Positions 18,656 through 27,360 of a stretch of DNA of 49,360 bases are shown here, piece after piece (position 1 is the stretch's first letter; each line of letters opens with the position of its first letter). The stretch spans positions 1 to 49,360 of IMG/VR virus record IMGVR_UViG_3300015050_000961; one strand, 5' to 3'. The stretch comes from a virus (lineage: Duplodnaviria; Caudoviricetes). A program made the position numbers and the translations under genes. The notes below the pieces were generated by a model. It was not told the origin of the DNA, ran no database searches, and worked only from the letters and a program-made list of their open reading frames with translations.

Positions 18656-19902
18656 GCAGCCATGCCGGAATCAAGGATGGCGGTTCGCACACGACCGATC
18701 TCACCGAACTCGCGATGGTACGTGATCGCCTGCAAGGATCGGCCGGAGAGGAAGCCCGACCCGTAATGCCATGCGTCTTGCGGGATCGGCGCCTGGTGGA
18801 CCTCCGCGATCACGCCGTTGCCTTCGGTCGCGATCTTCGCCGAGTGATGCAGATGGAAGCCGTGAACGTAACGATATTTGGTCGCGCCCCAATCTTCGGC
18901 GCGTCGATGCGCCATGATCGAGGGCATGTCCTTAATCTTGACGGTGTGACCGTGCGTCGCGCCGATCAGCACCGCGCCGAAGCGATGCCAGAAGAACAGC
19001 GACGGGTCGACGTCGACTTCGACGCGCGGCTCGTTGCGATACCAAGCCAGCAGGAAGTACGCGACCGCGATTGCGCTATGTTCGTCGTGATTGCCCGGCA
19101 GCACGCGCACGATAACGCGCTGGTGACGGCGTAGCGCAGCGTCGACGGTGCGCACCATCAATCGCGTCGCGGCTTCGACGACCTTCGGATAACGGCCGTC
19201 GACGTCGAGCACGTTGTTCGACCGCGCTGTCTGATTGTCCTTGTTGTCGGCATGCAGCAGATCGCCGCCGCCCAACACGATGGCCTCGATCGAGGCGGGG
19301 GAGCGCGCAATGGTGTCTTCGACCGACCGGCCGATGACATCCTCGGCGATCTTCAAGTCCCAGTTCTCGCCGACTTCCTTCGACCAAGCGAACATGCCGA
19401 TGTGCCAGTCATTCGCCGGCAACAGCGTAAGCAGTTGATCGTCTGTGGCTTTCGGCGGCTTTACCGGTTTTGCCGCGGGCTTGTAGCCTTCGAACGCGGC
19501 CTTCAGCTTCTCGGCAACCTGAAGCGGATCAAGAACGCCTTCTCGCGTCTTCGTCCACTTGCCTATCAGATTGCCATGAGCGTCCGTGTACGCCGAGACG
19601 GCCTTGACGACATGCCCGTCGGGCACTTCGAAGTCGGCCTCACGCGCCGGGCGCTGCTGGACGAACTCGCGAACGACGTTACCGTCCTTGTCGGTGACGG
19701 CCGTCGTCTTGCTGATCTCGAAACCCGGAAGGACTGGCTTGGTGCCGAGAAGACCGTACCGCCCGGCCGCCGCTAGTCGATTTTGAAACGTGGGACGAGG
19801 CATCCCCGCCCGCCGTGCCGCCTCTGAAACATTGCCCCCTGCCTGCTGTAAAATTTCTGCCGCTGCGTTCGCATCCTCAAACGAAATACTCTGCTGCGCC
19901 AT
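18652..19902 (-). CDS. HTH-fused calcineurin-like metallophosphoesterase
   Basis: N-terminal GNVSEAARRAGMPRPTF; motifs DWH, GDLLH, GNHD, HGH, FHLHH. Confidence 0.8.
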   Translation of the reverse strand: MAQQSISFEDANAAAEILQQAGGNVSEAARRAGMPRPTFQNRLAAAGRYGLLGTKPVLPGFEISKTTAVTDKDGNVVREFVQQRPAREADFEVPDGHVVKAVSAYTDAHGNLIGKWTKTREGVLDPLQVAEKLKAAFEGYKPAAKPVKPPKATDDQLLTLLPANDWHIGMFAWSKEVGENWDLKIAEDVIGRSVEDTIARSPASIEAIVLGGGDLLHADNKDNQTARSNNVLDVDGRYPKVVEAATRLMVRTVDAALRRHQRVIVRVLPGNHDEHSAIAVAYFLLAWYRNEPRVEVDVDPSLFFWHRFGAVLIGATHGHTVKIKDMPSIMAHRRAEDWGATKYRYVHGFHLHHSAKIATEGNGVIAEVHQAPIPQDAWHYGSGFLSGRSLQAITYHREFGEIGRVRTAILDSGMAA

Positions 19903-20183
19903 TACCAGATCCACCCCTTGATTGTGGCGAGCGCTCCACCTCCGCATAGACCTCCTAAAACACTCACACCTATGGCTCGCTGTTCCCAGTTCTTGACCTT
20001 GGTGACGACCGGCTTGATCTCCGACAGGTCTTGCTTGACGGTCGTCATATCGCTCGAAAGCGTCGTCAGTTGCGATTTGATCCCCGCTGTCTCCCTCTCG
20101 TGTGACGCGGTTCGGCGCAAAAGTTCGGCGTTCTGTGCTTTCAGTTCGCCGATGGCGACTGACACTTCATCGAGAGAGGCCAT
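19902..20183 (-). CDS. Coiled-coil protein with C-terminal membrane anchor (DUF1515-like)
   Basis: SVAIGELKAQ...IKPVV...WEQRAIGVSVLGGLCGGG. Confidence 0.6.
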   Translation of the reverse strand: MASLDEVSVAIGELKAQNAELLRRTASHERETAGIKSQLTTLSSDMTTVKQDLSEIKPVVTKVKNWEQRAIGVSVLGGLCGGGALATIKGWIW

Positions 20184-20245
20184 GCGTTGTAGTTCGTGCG
20201 CAAAAGCCGTCGGCGAAGCGGCAGGTCGGCCCGATTGTCGGGCGT

Positions 20246-20275
20246 AGAGTACCACAATAGCCGACAAAATGTCTA
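20246..20275 (-). promoter_or_regulatory. Predicted promoter for the packaging operon
   Basis: TAGACA-18 bp-TACTCT; spacer begins TTTTGTCGGCT exactly as at 14.8 kb. Confidence 0.55.
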
Positions 20276-20307
20276 GAAAAGCGCTTCCTTAGCGCCAGAC
20301 CTCGGTT

Positions 20308-20589
20308 ATGATCCGAAGCATGGACGGGGAAGCCAAACCAGATCGCTCATTTCGACGGTTTTTCGATTCGATGCGCCTGACGTTCGGGGTCGGTAACGCC
20401 CGGATACGCTGTGATTTTTCCCGGGGTCTCACACCACTCCACGACCTGCACTGGGCCCAAGACGGCGAATTCGTGCAGCACCACGGGAAAACTACCAGCT
20501 TGTACACCTGCAAGAGATGCGGGGAATACTTCATCCGCGAGGACTTAAAGCCTCGAAAAAACACGCTGCCCGCGCACCTCCTCAGATAG
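20308..20589 (+). CDS. Hypothetical protein with CxxC, opposite to the structural operon
   Basis: 93 aa ORF filling an otherwise empty gap; YTCKRCGEYF. Confidence 0.4.
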   Translation: MIRSMDGEAKPDRSFRRFFDSMRLTFGVGNARIRCDFSRGLTPLHDLHWAQDGEFVQHHGKTTSLYTCKRCGEYFIREDLKPRKNTLPAHLLR

Positions 20590-21073
20590 ACACTTTGAAA
20601 TCGAATTCCTGAAGCCATGGGACATTCGACGCGGTGCCCGAAACGCCAAGAAGGCGAAGGTACTGATAAGCTCCCGTGTTGCCGCTTAAGTTAGTCATCG
20701 TCTGGGTTGTGGCGCCACCGAGCGTGAACGACGAACCTATGTCGTAAAATTCGGACCCGTCGTGCGACCCCTGCCACTTCCATGTGCCGTGGCTCGTCGT
20801 ATCCTGTTGGTAGAACTTCGCCTCATCGATACGGACACGCCGACCGAAGTTGAACAGTATCCACTTCGTACTGTCGACAGCGAACGATGTCGCGAATCCG
20901 ATCGCGTCGGATGAATTGTTGCCGAGAACGCCATCAACCAGATTGTTAAGCGTCCCGGAACCGAGCACGCCGACGGCGGCCGTCACCGTGATAAGCGCAG
21001 TTCGGTCGCCGGACCCCAGCGAGTTCGAATAACTAGTGTTCGGCCATGACGGGCCGCCCTGCAGCATAAGCAC
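20582..21073 (-). CDS. Discoidin / F5/8 type C-like carbohydrate-binding tail protein
   Basis: NNLVDG...WILFNFG...WKWQGSHDG...YQYLRL...LQEFDF signature. Confidence 0.7.
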   Translation of the reverse strand: MLMLQGGPSWPNTSYSNSLGSGDRTALITVTAAVGVLGSGTLNNLVDGVLGNNSSDAIGFATSFAVDSTKWILFNFGRRVRIDEAKFYQQDTTSHGTWKWQGSHDGSEFYDIGSSFTLGGATTQTMTNLSGNTGAYQYLRLLGVSGTASNVPWLQEFDFKVSI

Positions 21074-21075
21074 CG

Positions 21076-22377
21076 TTACGTCCCCGTGACGTAGACGACG
21101 TGGAGGTGCTTGTAGGTATTTGTGCGGGTGATGTAGAAAATATGCTTCTTGGTTCCGGTCGAGCTGTAGATGTCGCCGGTCACGACATCGAACCCGGACG
21201 TCGTTATCGCGCCCGCACTGGCATTCGTACACTCAAGAATCAACGAGCAGGTGGCCGCCGGCGGCGCCAGCGTGTGCGCACCGCCATTCGTGTAATGCTG
21301 AATGTTGCCGTTGACGGCGTCGGGCGTGAAGGTGCCGGACGACTTGGTGCCGTTGCTGAAGGACGTCGCTGTGAAACCCGCGGTGAAAGCCGACGTGGTG
21401 TCCGGCTTCACGTAATCGGTGCCGGCAGTCGCGGCGGACGCCACACCGGACGTTGCCTTGACCAGTCCCGTCATCGACGCGCGCTTGCCGGTCTTGCCGC
21501 CGGTGCCGCTCATCAGCACCAGTTCGCTATCAACCGACGACGACGTGTTGGACGAGAAGTCGCCGGTGCCTGCGGGGCCTTGCGAGCCGGAGACGGAGAT
21601 GTTCCAGTCGGCCAGCGTGCCGGAGCCACCGATGTCCGTGATGTTCATAACCAGCGACGTGCCGGAGTAGGACGTCACCGTGCCGTGCATGTAGTTCGCG
21701 GCGTTCGCGTTCGACGCGATCTGCAAGAACTGACCGGCCACGAACAGCTTGCCGCTTTGAGTCGTGAATGATTTCGCACCGGTTGCGATCGCAAGCGATG
21801 ACGTCGACGTTGCGGCGTAGCTGGACGCGTAGTTGGACGCCGCTGTCGCGCTTGCCGACGCGCTCGTCGCCGCGCTCGATGCGGTTGAAGCGGCCGTGGT
21901 CGCTGTCGATGCAGCCGTCGAAGCCGTGGACGCGGAAGCCGCCGCGTTGGTTTCCGAAACCGCGGCCGCAGCGGCATTGGCGGAAATCTCGTCGGAGATG
22001 GCGCCGAAATCCGCGATCAAATCCCACTTCGTCGCGTCGAACGACGCTCCGGAGGTGTGCGCCTCATTGCAGAGGTAGAACGCTTCGACGTGAAAGACCG
22101 TGGAATCGGTCGTATAATCGACGCCCGTCTCCCATGTCGTCGGAAGCGAGAAACCGACGGTCAGCGACGCGTCAAGCTGGTCAACGCCGACCGAGCCATT
22201 CGCCAGTCGGCCATCGGCGCGCGAGAAATTCTGGAGGAACGTAACGATCTCGTCGATCGACGCGGCAACGGCGTTGAGGTCGAGGTTGACGCGATCGCCT
22301 GGCAGCGGCCGTGTCGGATTAGCGTTCTGATACGACTGGAAATCGTACAATCGCTCGTATACGTCGGGGTAGCTCAC
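21076..22377 (-). CDS. Tail fibre protein 2
   Basis: Anchor domain shared with fibre 1, AAASA linker, beta-rich C-terminus. Confidence 0.75.
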   Translation of the reverse strand: MSYPDVYERLYDFQSYQNANPTRPLPGDRVNLDLNAVAASIDEIVTFLQNFSRADGRLANGSVGVDQLDASLTVGFSLPTTWETGVDYTTDSTVFHVEAFYLCNEAHTSGASFDATKWDLIADFGAISDEISANAAAAAVSETNAAASASTASTAASTATTAASTASSAATSASASATAASNYASSYAATSTSSLAIATGAKSFTTQSGKLFVAGQFLQIASNANAANYMHGTVTSYSGTSLVMNITDIGGSGTLADWNISVSGSQGPAGTGDFSSNTSSSVDSELVLMSGTGGKTGKRASMTGLVKATSGVASAATAGTDYVKPDTTSAFTAGFTATSFSNGTKSSGTFTPDAVNGNIQHYTNGGAHTLAPPAATCSLILECTNASAGAITTSGFDVVTGDIYSSTGTKKHIFYITRTNTYKHLHVVYVTGT

Positions 22378-24014
22378 GCCATGATCTCCTCGACCTGCAC
22401 AAAGCTCTTGTTCGCAGTGCTGAACCGCGACGCCGCAGAGGTGCCGTTGAATCCAATCTGCCCCGCGGTAGACGCGCCGGCCCGCAGCTTAAACGTCGTC
22501 GTATCGCCCAACGCAGCCACGGCCGGCAACATCGAATGTGAAATACGAAGCGCGCCGATCTCGTTCGCGGAGCCGCAGTAGAACGCCTCGGCGGCGACGG
22601 CGTTCACGGACGTGTCGTAGAACAACGCCGCCGTGATGTATGCCGCTGCGTCGAACGACAGCACCATCAGCGCATCGATGTCGAGCACGTTGGCCAGCGA
22701 CGTCGGCGTGATCGCGCGGGTTAGGTATTCTTTGCCTTCGGTGTTTTGCGGGATCGTGTCGTCGAACGGCAATTGCGTGGTGCCGGTGTCCCACGTCGTG
22801 CTCTGCGTCTTCATGCGCTGAACACGCTCGCCGGGAAGCGGCACGCCATAACCAGCAAGTTGAATTCGCGTCGGCGAAGCCGCCCACGTGCCGGCGGTGA
22901 CCAGACCGGTCTCCCAAGTCAGGTAGCCAAGCGTGACGTACGCCTTCGAGGTGACGGCGGAATCGGTGTAGAACACATGCGCGCTGTCCGAGCCGGTGCC
23001 GACGGCGGTCGACGACGCAACGCCAAAACCACCAAGCGGGTAGATCGAAACGCCGGAGCGGCAATTGATGACGCCCAGCCGCACGGTGCCGCCGTCGTCG
23101 AACGCGGTCAGCCAAATGCGGGATGCCTCGCCGCCACTGGCGAACCCCATCGTTGCAGTCGACGGAATGACGATACTGAGCGCCGCGGTGACGCTGCGCA
23201 CAACGTAGTTGCCGGTGCCGGCCGTCACGTTGCGGAAGATGAGCTGCACGGGATCGGTTGCGCTCGGATCTTCGCCGGCGAGCGTCTTGATCGCGACCGT
23301 GCAAGCGCTGGAAGCGTGCGACTCGACGATCGTGCCGTTGACCATGCCGACATACGCGAGACCAGAGCCGGCCAGCTTCAACGCGGTGACGGCGGCGGTG
23401 TTGATCTTTGCCGTGGTGACGGCGTCGTCGTTGATCTTCGCCGTGGTGACGTTGCTGTCCGCGATCTTGGCGGTCGTGACGTTGGCGTCGGCGATCTTCG
23501 GGGTGGTAACGGCGCTCGAAACGATCTTCGCCGTCGCGACGGAGTTGCTCGCCAGCTTGTCGGCGGTGACGGCGCCGTCCGCCAGCTTGACGGTCGAAAC
23601 TGCACCATCCTCGAGCGCGGCCGCGACACTGAGGTCGGCGATCAGTTCCCACTTCTCGGCGGCGAGGTCAGTCGCGAAGACGCCGGACGTGTGGTCGGTC
23701 AGGCACAGGTAGAACTTGGCGTCCTTGAAGACAGTCGAGATTTCGGCGTCGTAGGTCGCACCGGTCTCCCACGGGGACGGCGCTTCGAAGCCGATCGTGA
23801 TGCTGCTGTCGAGCTGCCCGCGGCCGACGCTGCCGCGCGCGAGGCGGCCATCGTCGTCCTGGATCAGCCCGAGGTTGGCCTGCGTCTCGTCAAGGCTGAC
23901 CTTGACGGCGTTGAACTCCTGATCCAACGAGGCGCCAGAATGCGGCTCGCCGGGGTTCTGGGCGCTGTACTGGCTGAAGGATGTTTGACGATCGTATTCG
24001 GTGGGGGCGGCCAT
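22374..24014 (-). CDS. Tail fibre protein 1
   Basis: Anchor domain, VTTAKIAD repeats, C-terminal beta domain. Confidence 0.75.
   Translation of the reverse strand: MAAPTEYDRQTSFSQYSAQNPGEPHSGASLDQEFNAVKVSLDETQANLGLIQDDDGRLARGSVGRGQLDSSITIGFEAPSPWETGATYDAEISTVFKDAKFYLCLTDHTSGVFATDLAAEKWELIADLSVAAALEDGAVSTVKLADGAVTADKLASNSVATAKIVSSAVTTPKIADANVTTAKIADSNVTTAKINDDAVTTAKINTAAVTALKLAGSGLAYVGMVNGTIVESHASSACTVAIKTLAGEDPSATDPVQLIFRNVTAGTGNYVVRSVTAALSIVIPSTATMGFASGGEASRIWLTAFDDGGTVRLGVINCRSGVSIYPLGGFGVASSTAVGTGSDSAHVFYTDSAVTSKAYVTLGYLTWETGLVTAGTWAASPTRIQLAGYGVPLPGERVQRMKTQSTTWDTGTTQLPFDDTIPQNTEGKEYLTRAITPTSLANVLDIDALMVLSFDAAAYITAALFYDTSVNAVAAEAFYCGSANEIGALRISHSMLPAVAALGDTTTFKLRAGASTAGQIGFNGTSAASRFSTANKSFVQVEEIMA
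23365..23610 (-). repeat. About eight 30-bp (10-aa) coding repeats, xxVTTAKIAD
   Basis: Seen directly in the translation of tail fibre 1. Confidence 0.85.
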
Positions 24015-24084
24015 CGCGCTCTGGGACAATCGAACAAGCGTGGGGGCCGGCGGCGAAGCGGCTCAGCGATCTGCCGTGCCGGAA

Positions 24085-24113
24085 AAGCTATCACACGCTG
24101 TCGGGTTTGTCGA
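24085..24113 (-). promoter_or_regulatory. Predicted tail fibre promoter
   Basis: TCGACA-17 bp-TAGCTT, CCCGACA in the spacer. Confidence 0.55.
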
Positions 24114-24115
24114 TT

Positions 24116-24289
24116 TCAGGCGATCAACTTGGCAATCTCGCGGTTGAGGCGCGCGAAGTGGTTGTTCAGGAGGATCACCAGTTCTTTGGCCTCCTCGGCG
24201 TCGACGGGGATTGAGACGTCGGGAAGGGTGGGCTCTGTGGTTCTGAGCTTCAGGCGGATCGTGTTGATGAAAGGTTCGATGGCGGCCAT
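24116..24289 (-). CDS. Small hypothetical protein (57 aa)
   Basis: MAAIEPFINTIRLKLRTTEPTLPDVSIPVDAEEAKELVILLNNHFARLNREIAKLIA; fills a gap. Confidence 0.55.
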   Translation of the reverse strand: MAAIEPFINTIRLKLRTTEPTLPDVSIPVDAEEAKELVILLNNHFARLNREIAKLIA

Positions 24290-24498
24290 GTCTCAGATTT
24301 TGCGATGGGGCTGTCGGTTTCGTCAAACCCGATAAACCCGACGAAAGGTTTTGGCGGATTGCAAATTAGCGGAGAAGCCTTGCGGCCTTCGGCGACCGAC
24401 GCGCCGGCCCCCCGCCAGGGGTAGGGGCCGGGCGGCGGGGCCAGGTGGCGCCTCGGATCGCAGGGGGCTGGAGGTAATGAAGCCTCTATCAGGCTGCA

Positions 24499-25014
24499 CT
24501 AATCTAGGTAGTTCAAGGGCTTAGGTGCGGTGCTGCCCTGTTCTGGCGCGTCAAGTGGTGCGCTAACAGGAGTCGCGCGCGCTGCGAGCTCACCTTCCAT
24601 ACGGTCAATCTCGCGTTGGCTGCGCTCGACGTATTGGCGCAGCTCCTCGGCCGTCATTTCGGACAGAGGCTTTTCGTGCGTCTCTGCCGCCTTTGTCGGT
24701 TCAACATGGCCGGCCAGGCGCCCTAGCTTGATCGCAACATCCGCTCGCACACCCTTTGGCGCGGTCTCATCATCGCGGATTTTCCGAAGCACCTTAAAAT
24801 TCGTCGGACCATCGGCAACCAGTAATCTAGCGGTTTCGATATGGACCGCGCGCAGCACATTCGGATTGCGCAATAGCGCATGCGCTATCTGGCCTTCGCT
24901 GTAGCCGGCCATTTCTGCCGCACGCACTGGCGATTCGCCGGCGCCTATGTGCCGCACAAACGTCGCCTGCTGTTCGGTAAGGCCGGAATCCCTCAACACT
25001 TTCAACGTCGACAT
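24499..25014 (-). CDS. terS: Terminase small subunit
   Basis: LTEQQATFV...AAEMAGYS...LLRNPNV HTH signature; LSEMTAEEL tail. Confidence 0.75.
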   Translation of the reverse strand: MSTLKVLRDSGLTEQQATFVRHIGAGESPVRAAEMAGYSEGQIAHALLRNPNVLRAVHIETARLLVADGPTNFKVLRKIRDDETAPKGVRADVAIKLGRLAGHVEPTKAAETHEKPLSEMTAEELRQYVERSQREIDRMEGELAARATPVSAPLDAPEQGSTAPKPLNYLD

Positions 25015-25043
25015 GACCTCAGAAATATCACGTTCAAAATAAT

Positions 25044-25126
25044 CCGACAAACCCGACAAATAATTATTGACAAGGGGAGAACCGAATCCCTATTGTCGGG
25101 TTTGTAAGGCAATAGCAACCGACAAA
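25044..25126 (+). promoter_or_regulatory. Strong early promoter with four CCGACAA boxes
   Basis: TTGACA (25067-25072)-18 bp-TATTGT; boxes at 25044, 25053, 25093 (inverted) and 25119. Confidence 0.7.
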
Positions 25127-25142
25127 ACACAGGGGACACGAC

Positions 25143-25877
25143 ATGACGCGCACTAAGACCATCACGCGCACCCTCTACAAGTTCAATGAACTCGATAACG
25201 ACGCTAAGGAGCGCGCTCGGGACTGGTATCGTCAAGGCGCCTTAGACCACGAGTGGTGGGACGCGGTTTACGACGACGCGGAACGCGCTCGGGACTGGTA
25301 TCGTCAAGGCGCCTTAGACCACGAGTGGTGGGACGCGGTTTACGACGACGCGGAACGCGCCGCCGCGATTCTCGGAATCGAGATAGGCCGGAAAGGCCCC
25401 CGCCACACTCAACAGGCGATCTATTTCAGCGGCTTTAGCTCGCAAGGGGACGGCGCCTGCTTCGAAGGCACCTACGCTTGGAAGGCTTGCGTAAAAGCGA
25501 TTCGCGACTACGCGCCAAAAGACGACGCGCTGCACGCCATTGCTGACACGCTAACCGCGTTGCCTGTTGGTGAAGGATGGTCCGCCGCGACTAAGCACCG
25601 CGGCCACTACTACCACTCCGGCTGCATGTCCGTCAGCGTCGAATTTGACGACGAATTTTATCGGCAAGCGCACGACCACGCGGAAGACAAGCAAGAGCTC
25701 CCGCAGGCCGAATTCACCGCAGGCGAAGAAACAATCACTCAAGCCCTGCGCGACTTCGCAGACTGGGTTTATCGCCAGCTCGAGAAAGAACACGACTGGC
25801 TGGTGGCCGATGAACAGGTCGACGACACCATCGAAGCTAATGACTACGAATTCACGGAAGACGGGGAACTCGCCTAG
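25143..25877 (+). CDS. Acidic early protein (family often auto-annotated as antitoxin of toxin-antitoxin stability system)
   Basis: YKFNEL...AKERARDWY...IYFSGFSSQGDGACF...EANDYEFTEDG; function not established. Confidence 0.75.
   Translation: MTRTKTITRTLYKFNELDNDAKERARDWYRQGALDHEWWDAVYDDAERARDWYRQGALDHEWWDAVYDDAERAAAILGIEIGRKGPRHTQQAIYFSGFSSQGDGACFEGTYAWKACVKAIRDYAPKDDALHAIADTLTALPVGEGWSAATKHRGHYYHSGCMSVSVEFDDEFYRQAHDHAEDKQELPQAEFTAGEETITQALRDFADWVYRQLEKEHDWLVADEQVDDTIEANDYEFTEDGELA
25212..25355 (+). repeat. Perfect 72-bp tandem duplication, in frame
   Basis: 25212-25283 equals 25284-25355. Confidence 0.95.
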
Positions 25878-25930
25878 CAACACCACAACCACGCCCGCAG
25901 TGTCGGGCATTGCGATAAAAGGGGACTGAC

Positions 25931-26422
25931 ATGGACTATGAACCTAAGCATCTGAAACGCTGGGCCATGCCGTCGCACTACGCCGGCGAAGTGTGGCCAG
26001 CCTATTACGGATCCGGATGCGGCCGATCGCGCGACTCGGATTGCCTCGAAGAATCTAATTTTTGCACCATGCTGCAATTGCTCGGAGGCGAGTCGGACAC
26101 TGTGACCGTGGTCCGCGAATCGCATTGGGCCGTCGGCTGGGTTGAATGGATTGCCATTCACCAGGACGACGCCAAGGCGCTTCAAATCGCCGATGAGGCG
26201 CGAGCTCGCTTAGCCGATTATCCGGTCCTAGATGAGGATGACTGGAGCGAACGCGAACAAGAAACCGCGAATCAAATTTGGCGCGAGTGCTATTCGCCGA
26301 AAGAGCGAATCCGCTACGTACGCGACCATCGTTCGCAATTCGATTTTCATGACTTCGCCGATTTGATCGGTTGCATCCGTGGCCAGTTTTTCAACGGCTA
26401 TGCAAGCGAACTCATCAACTAG
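25931..26422 (+). CDS. Hypothetical early protein
   Basis: RSRDSDCLEESNF...HWAVGWVEWI...YPVLDEDD; GGGGA RBS. Confidence 0.8.
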   Translation: MDYEPKHLKRWAMPSHYAGEVWPAYYGSGCGRSRDSDCLEESNFCTMLQLLGGESDTVTVVRESHWAVGWVEWIAIHQDDAKALQIADEARARLADYPVLDEDDWSEREQETANQIWRECYSPKERIRYVRDHRSQFDFHDFADLIGCIRGQFFNGYASELIN

Positions 26423-26455
26423 TTGTCTGACTTTACGGAAAAAGGGGACTGACAA

Positions 26456-26917
26456 ATGCGTTATACCAAAACTCAGGTTGACGAGGCCCGCGCACAACTA
26501 TTGAAGTGGTTGAAACCCGGCGACACGGTCCATACCATTTGCGACAACGTGTCCCGCTCCGGTATGTCGCGCACGCTGCGCGTCGTAGTCATACGCGACG
26601 GGGAATTGCTGCACCCTAATTGGTCGGTTGCCGTATTGCTCGGCCTGTCTCACGCAAAACGTGGCGACGGAATGCGCGTCGACGGCTGCGGCATGGATAT
26701 GGGCTTTCACGTTGTCCATTCGCTCGGCTATGCGCTCTGGGGGAAAGAGGCAAGCGAAGGGACAGGTAAAGAGGCCAACGCGCTACGCCGCGCCATCTTC
26801 AAAGCCGCGGGTTCGTACATGATGCAAGGCCAACGGAAAGACAAGCCAAACCCAAACAAGCCCGATCGTGAATGGTTCGGCGCCGCAGGCTACGCGCTCA
26901 AACACAGGTGGCTTTGA
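26456..26917 (+). CDS. Hypothetical early protein
   Basis: VSRSGMSR and GCGMDMGFH motifs; GGGGA RBS. Confidence 0.8.
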   Translation: MRYTKTQVDEARAQLLKWLKPGDTVHTICDNVSRSGMSRTLRVVVIRDGELLHPNWSVAVLLGLSHAKRGDGMRVDGCGMDMGFHVVHSLGYALWGKEASEGTGKEANALRRAIFKAAGSYMMQGQRKDKPNPNKPDREWFGAAGYALKHRWL

Positions 26918-27201
26918 TGACCACACCCGTTATTTTCAAACGCGAAGGCCACGACGTGTGCGCGTTCTTCCCGACACTACCGGGCGACATGAACCCCGCG
27001 ACCATGAGCTGCTACGCGCACGTTGGCCAACACGGCGCCGCGGACATGGCCTACGTTAGCAACTGCCGTCCCGCACGGCCGCATGAATACGCCGACTTGC
27101 TCGCCGAGCTCCAGCGCATCGGCTACGACGATTTAATTATCCGTCGCCGCATGACACGCCGCGACTACGAAACTCGCGCATCCGAATTGAAGCGAGCCTG
27201 A
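26917..27201 (+). CDS. Hypothetical early protein
   Basis: VIFKR...AFFP...CYAHVGQH...EYADLLAELQRIGY; TGATG coupling. Confidence 0.75.
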   Translation: MTTPVIFKREGHDVCAFFPTLPGDMNPATMSCYAHVGQHGAADMAYVSNCRPARPHEYADLLAELQRIGYDDLIIRRRMTRRDYETRASELKRA

Positions 27202-27206
27202 CGACC

Positions 27207-27296
27207 ATGCTCAACCTCGCCGCATGGATCATCAAAGCCGCGTTGGCCTTGTCCCTCGCAATCTACATAGCGACGAATTGCATCATGCTGCATTAG
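27207..27296 (+). CDS. Small hydrophobic peptide (29 aa)
   Basis: MLNLAAWIIKAALALSLAIYIATNCIMLH, lies just before the terminator. Confidence 0.4.
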   Translation: MLNLAAWIIKAALALSLAIYIATNCIMLH

Positions 27297-27328
27297 GCCG
27301 CCGCGCGCTTCTCAGGACCAAAAACCGC

Positions 27329-27360
27329 AAAGCCGTCGGCTCAACCTAGCCGGCGGCTTT
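27329..27360. terminator. Bidirectional terminator between converging units
   Basis: AAAGCCGTCGGCT-caacct-AGCCGGCGGCTTT. Confidence 0.75.

Noticed and set aside
1640-24335. Many long plus-strand ORFs (for example 2903-4738, 15286-17124, 22746-24335)
   Set aside because: Antisense shadows of high-GC coding genes, with no motifs or RBS
25212-25355. CRISPR repeat or DGR template/variable repeat pair
   Set aside because: Adjacent perfect coding duplication with no adenine-specific differences and no reverse transcriptase in the genome
24570-26315. Apparent excess of GANTC (CcrM) sites near terS and the early island
   Set aside because: About 13 counted by eye; may reflect lower local GC and cannot be supported without a genome-wide count
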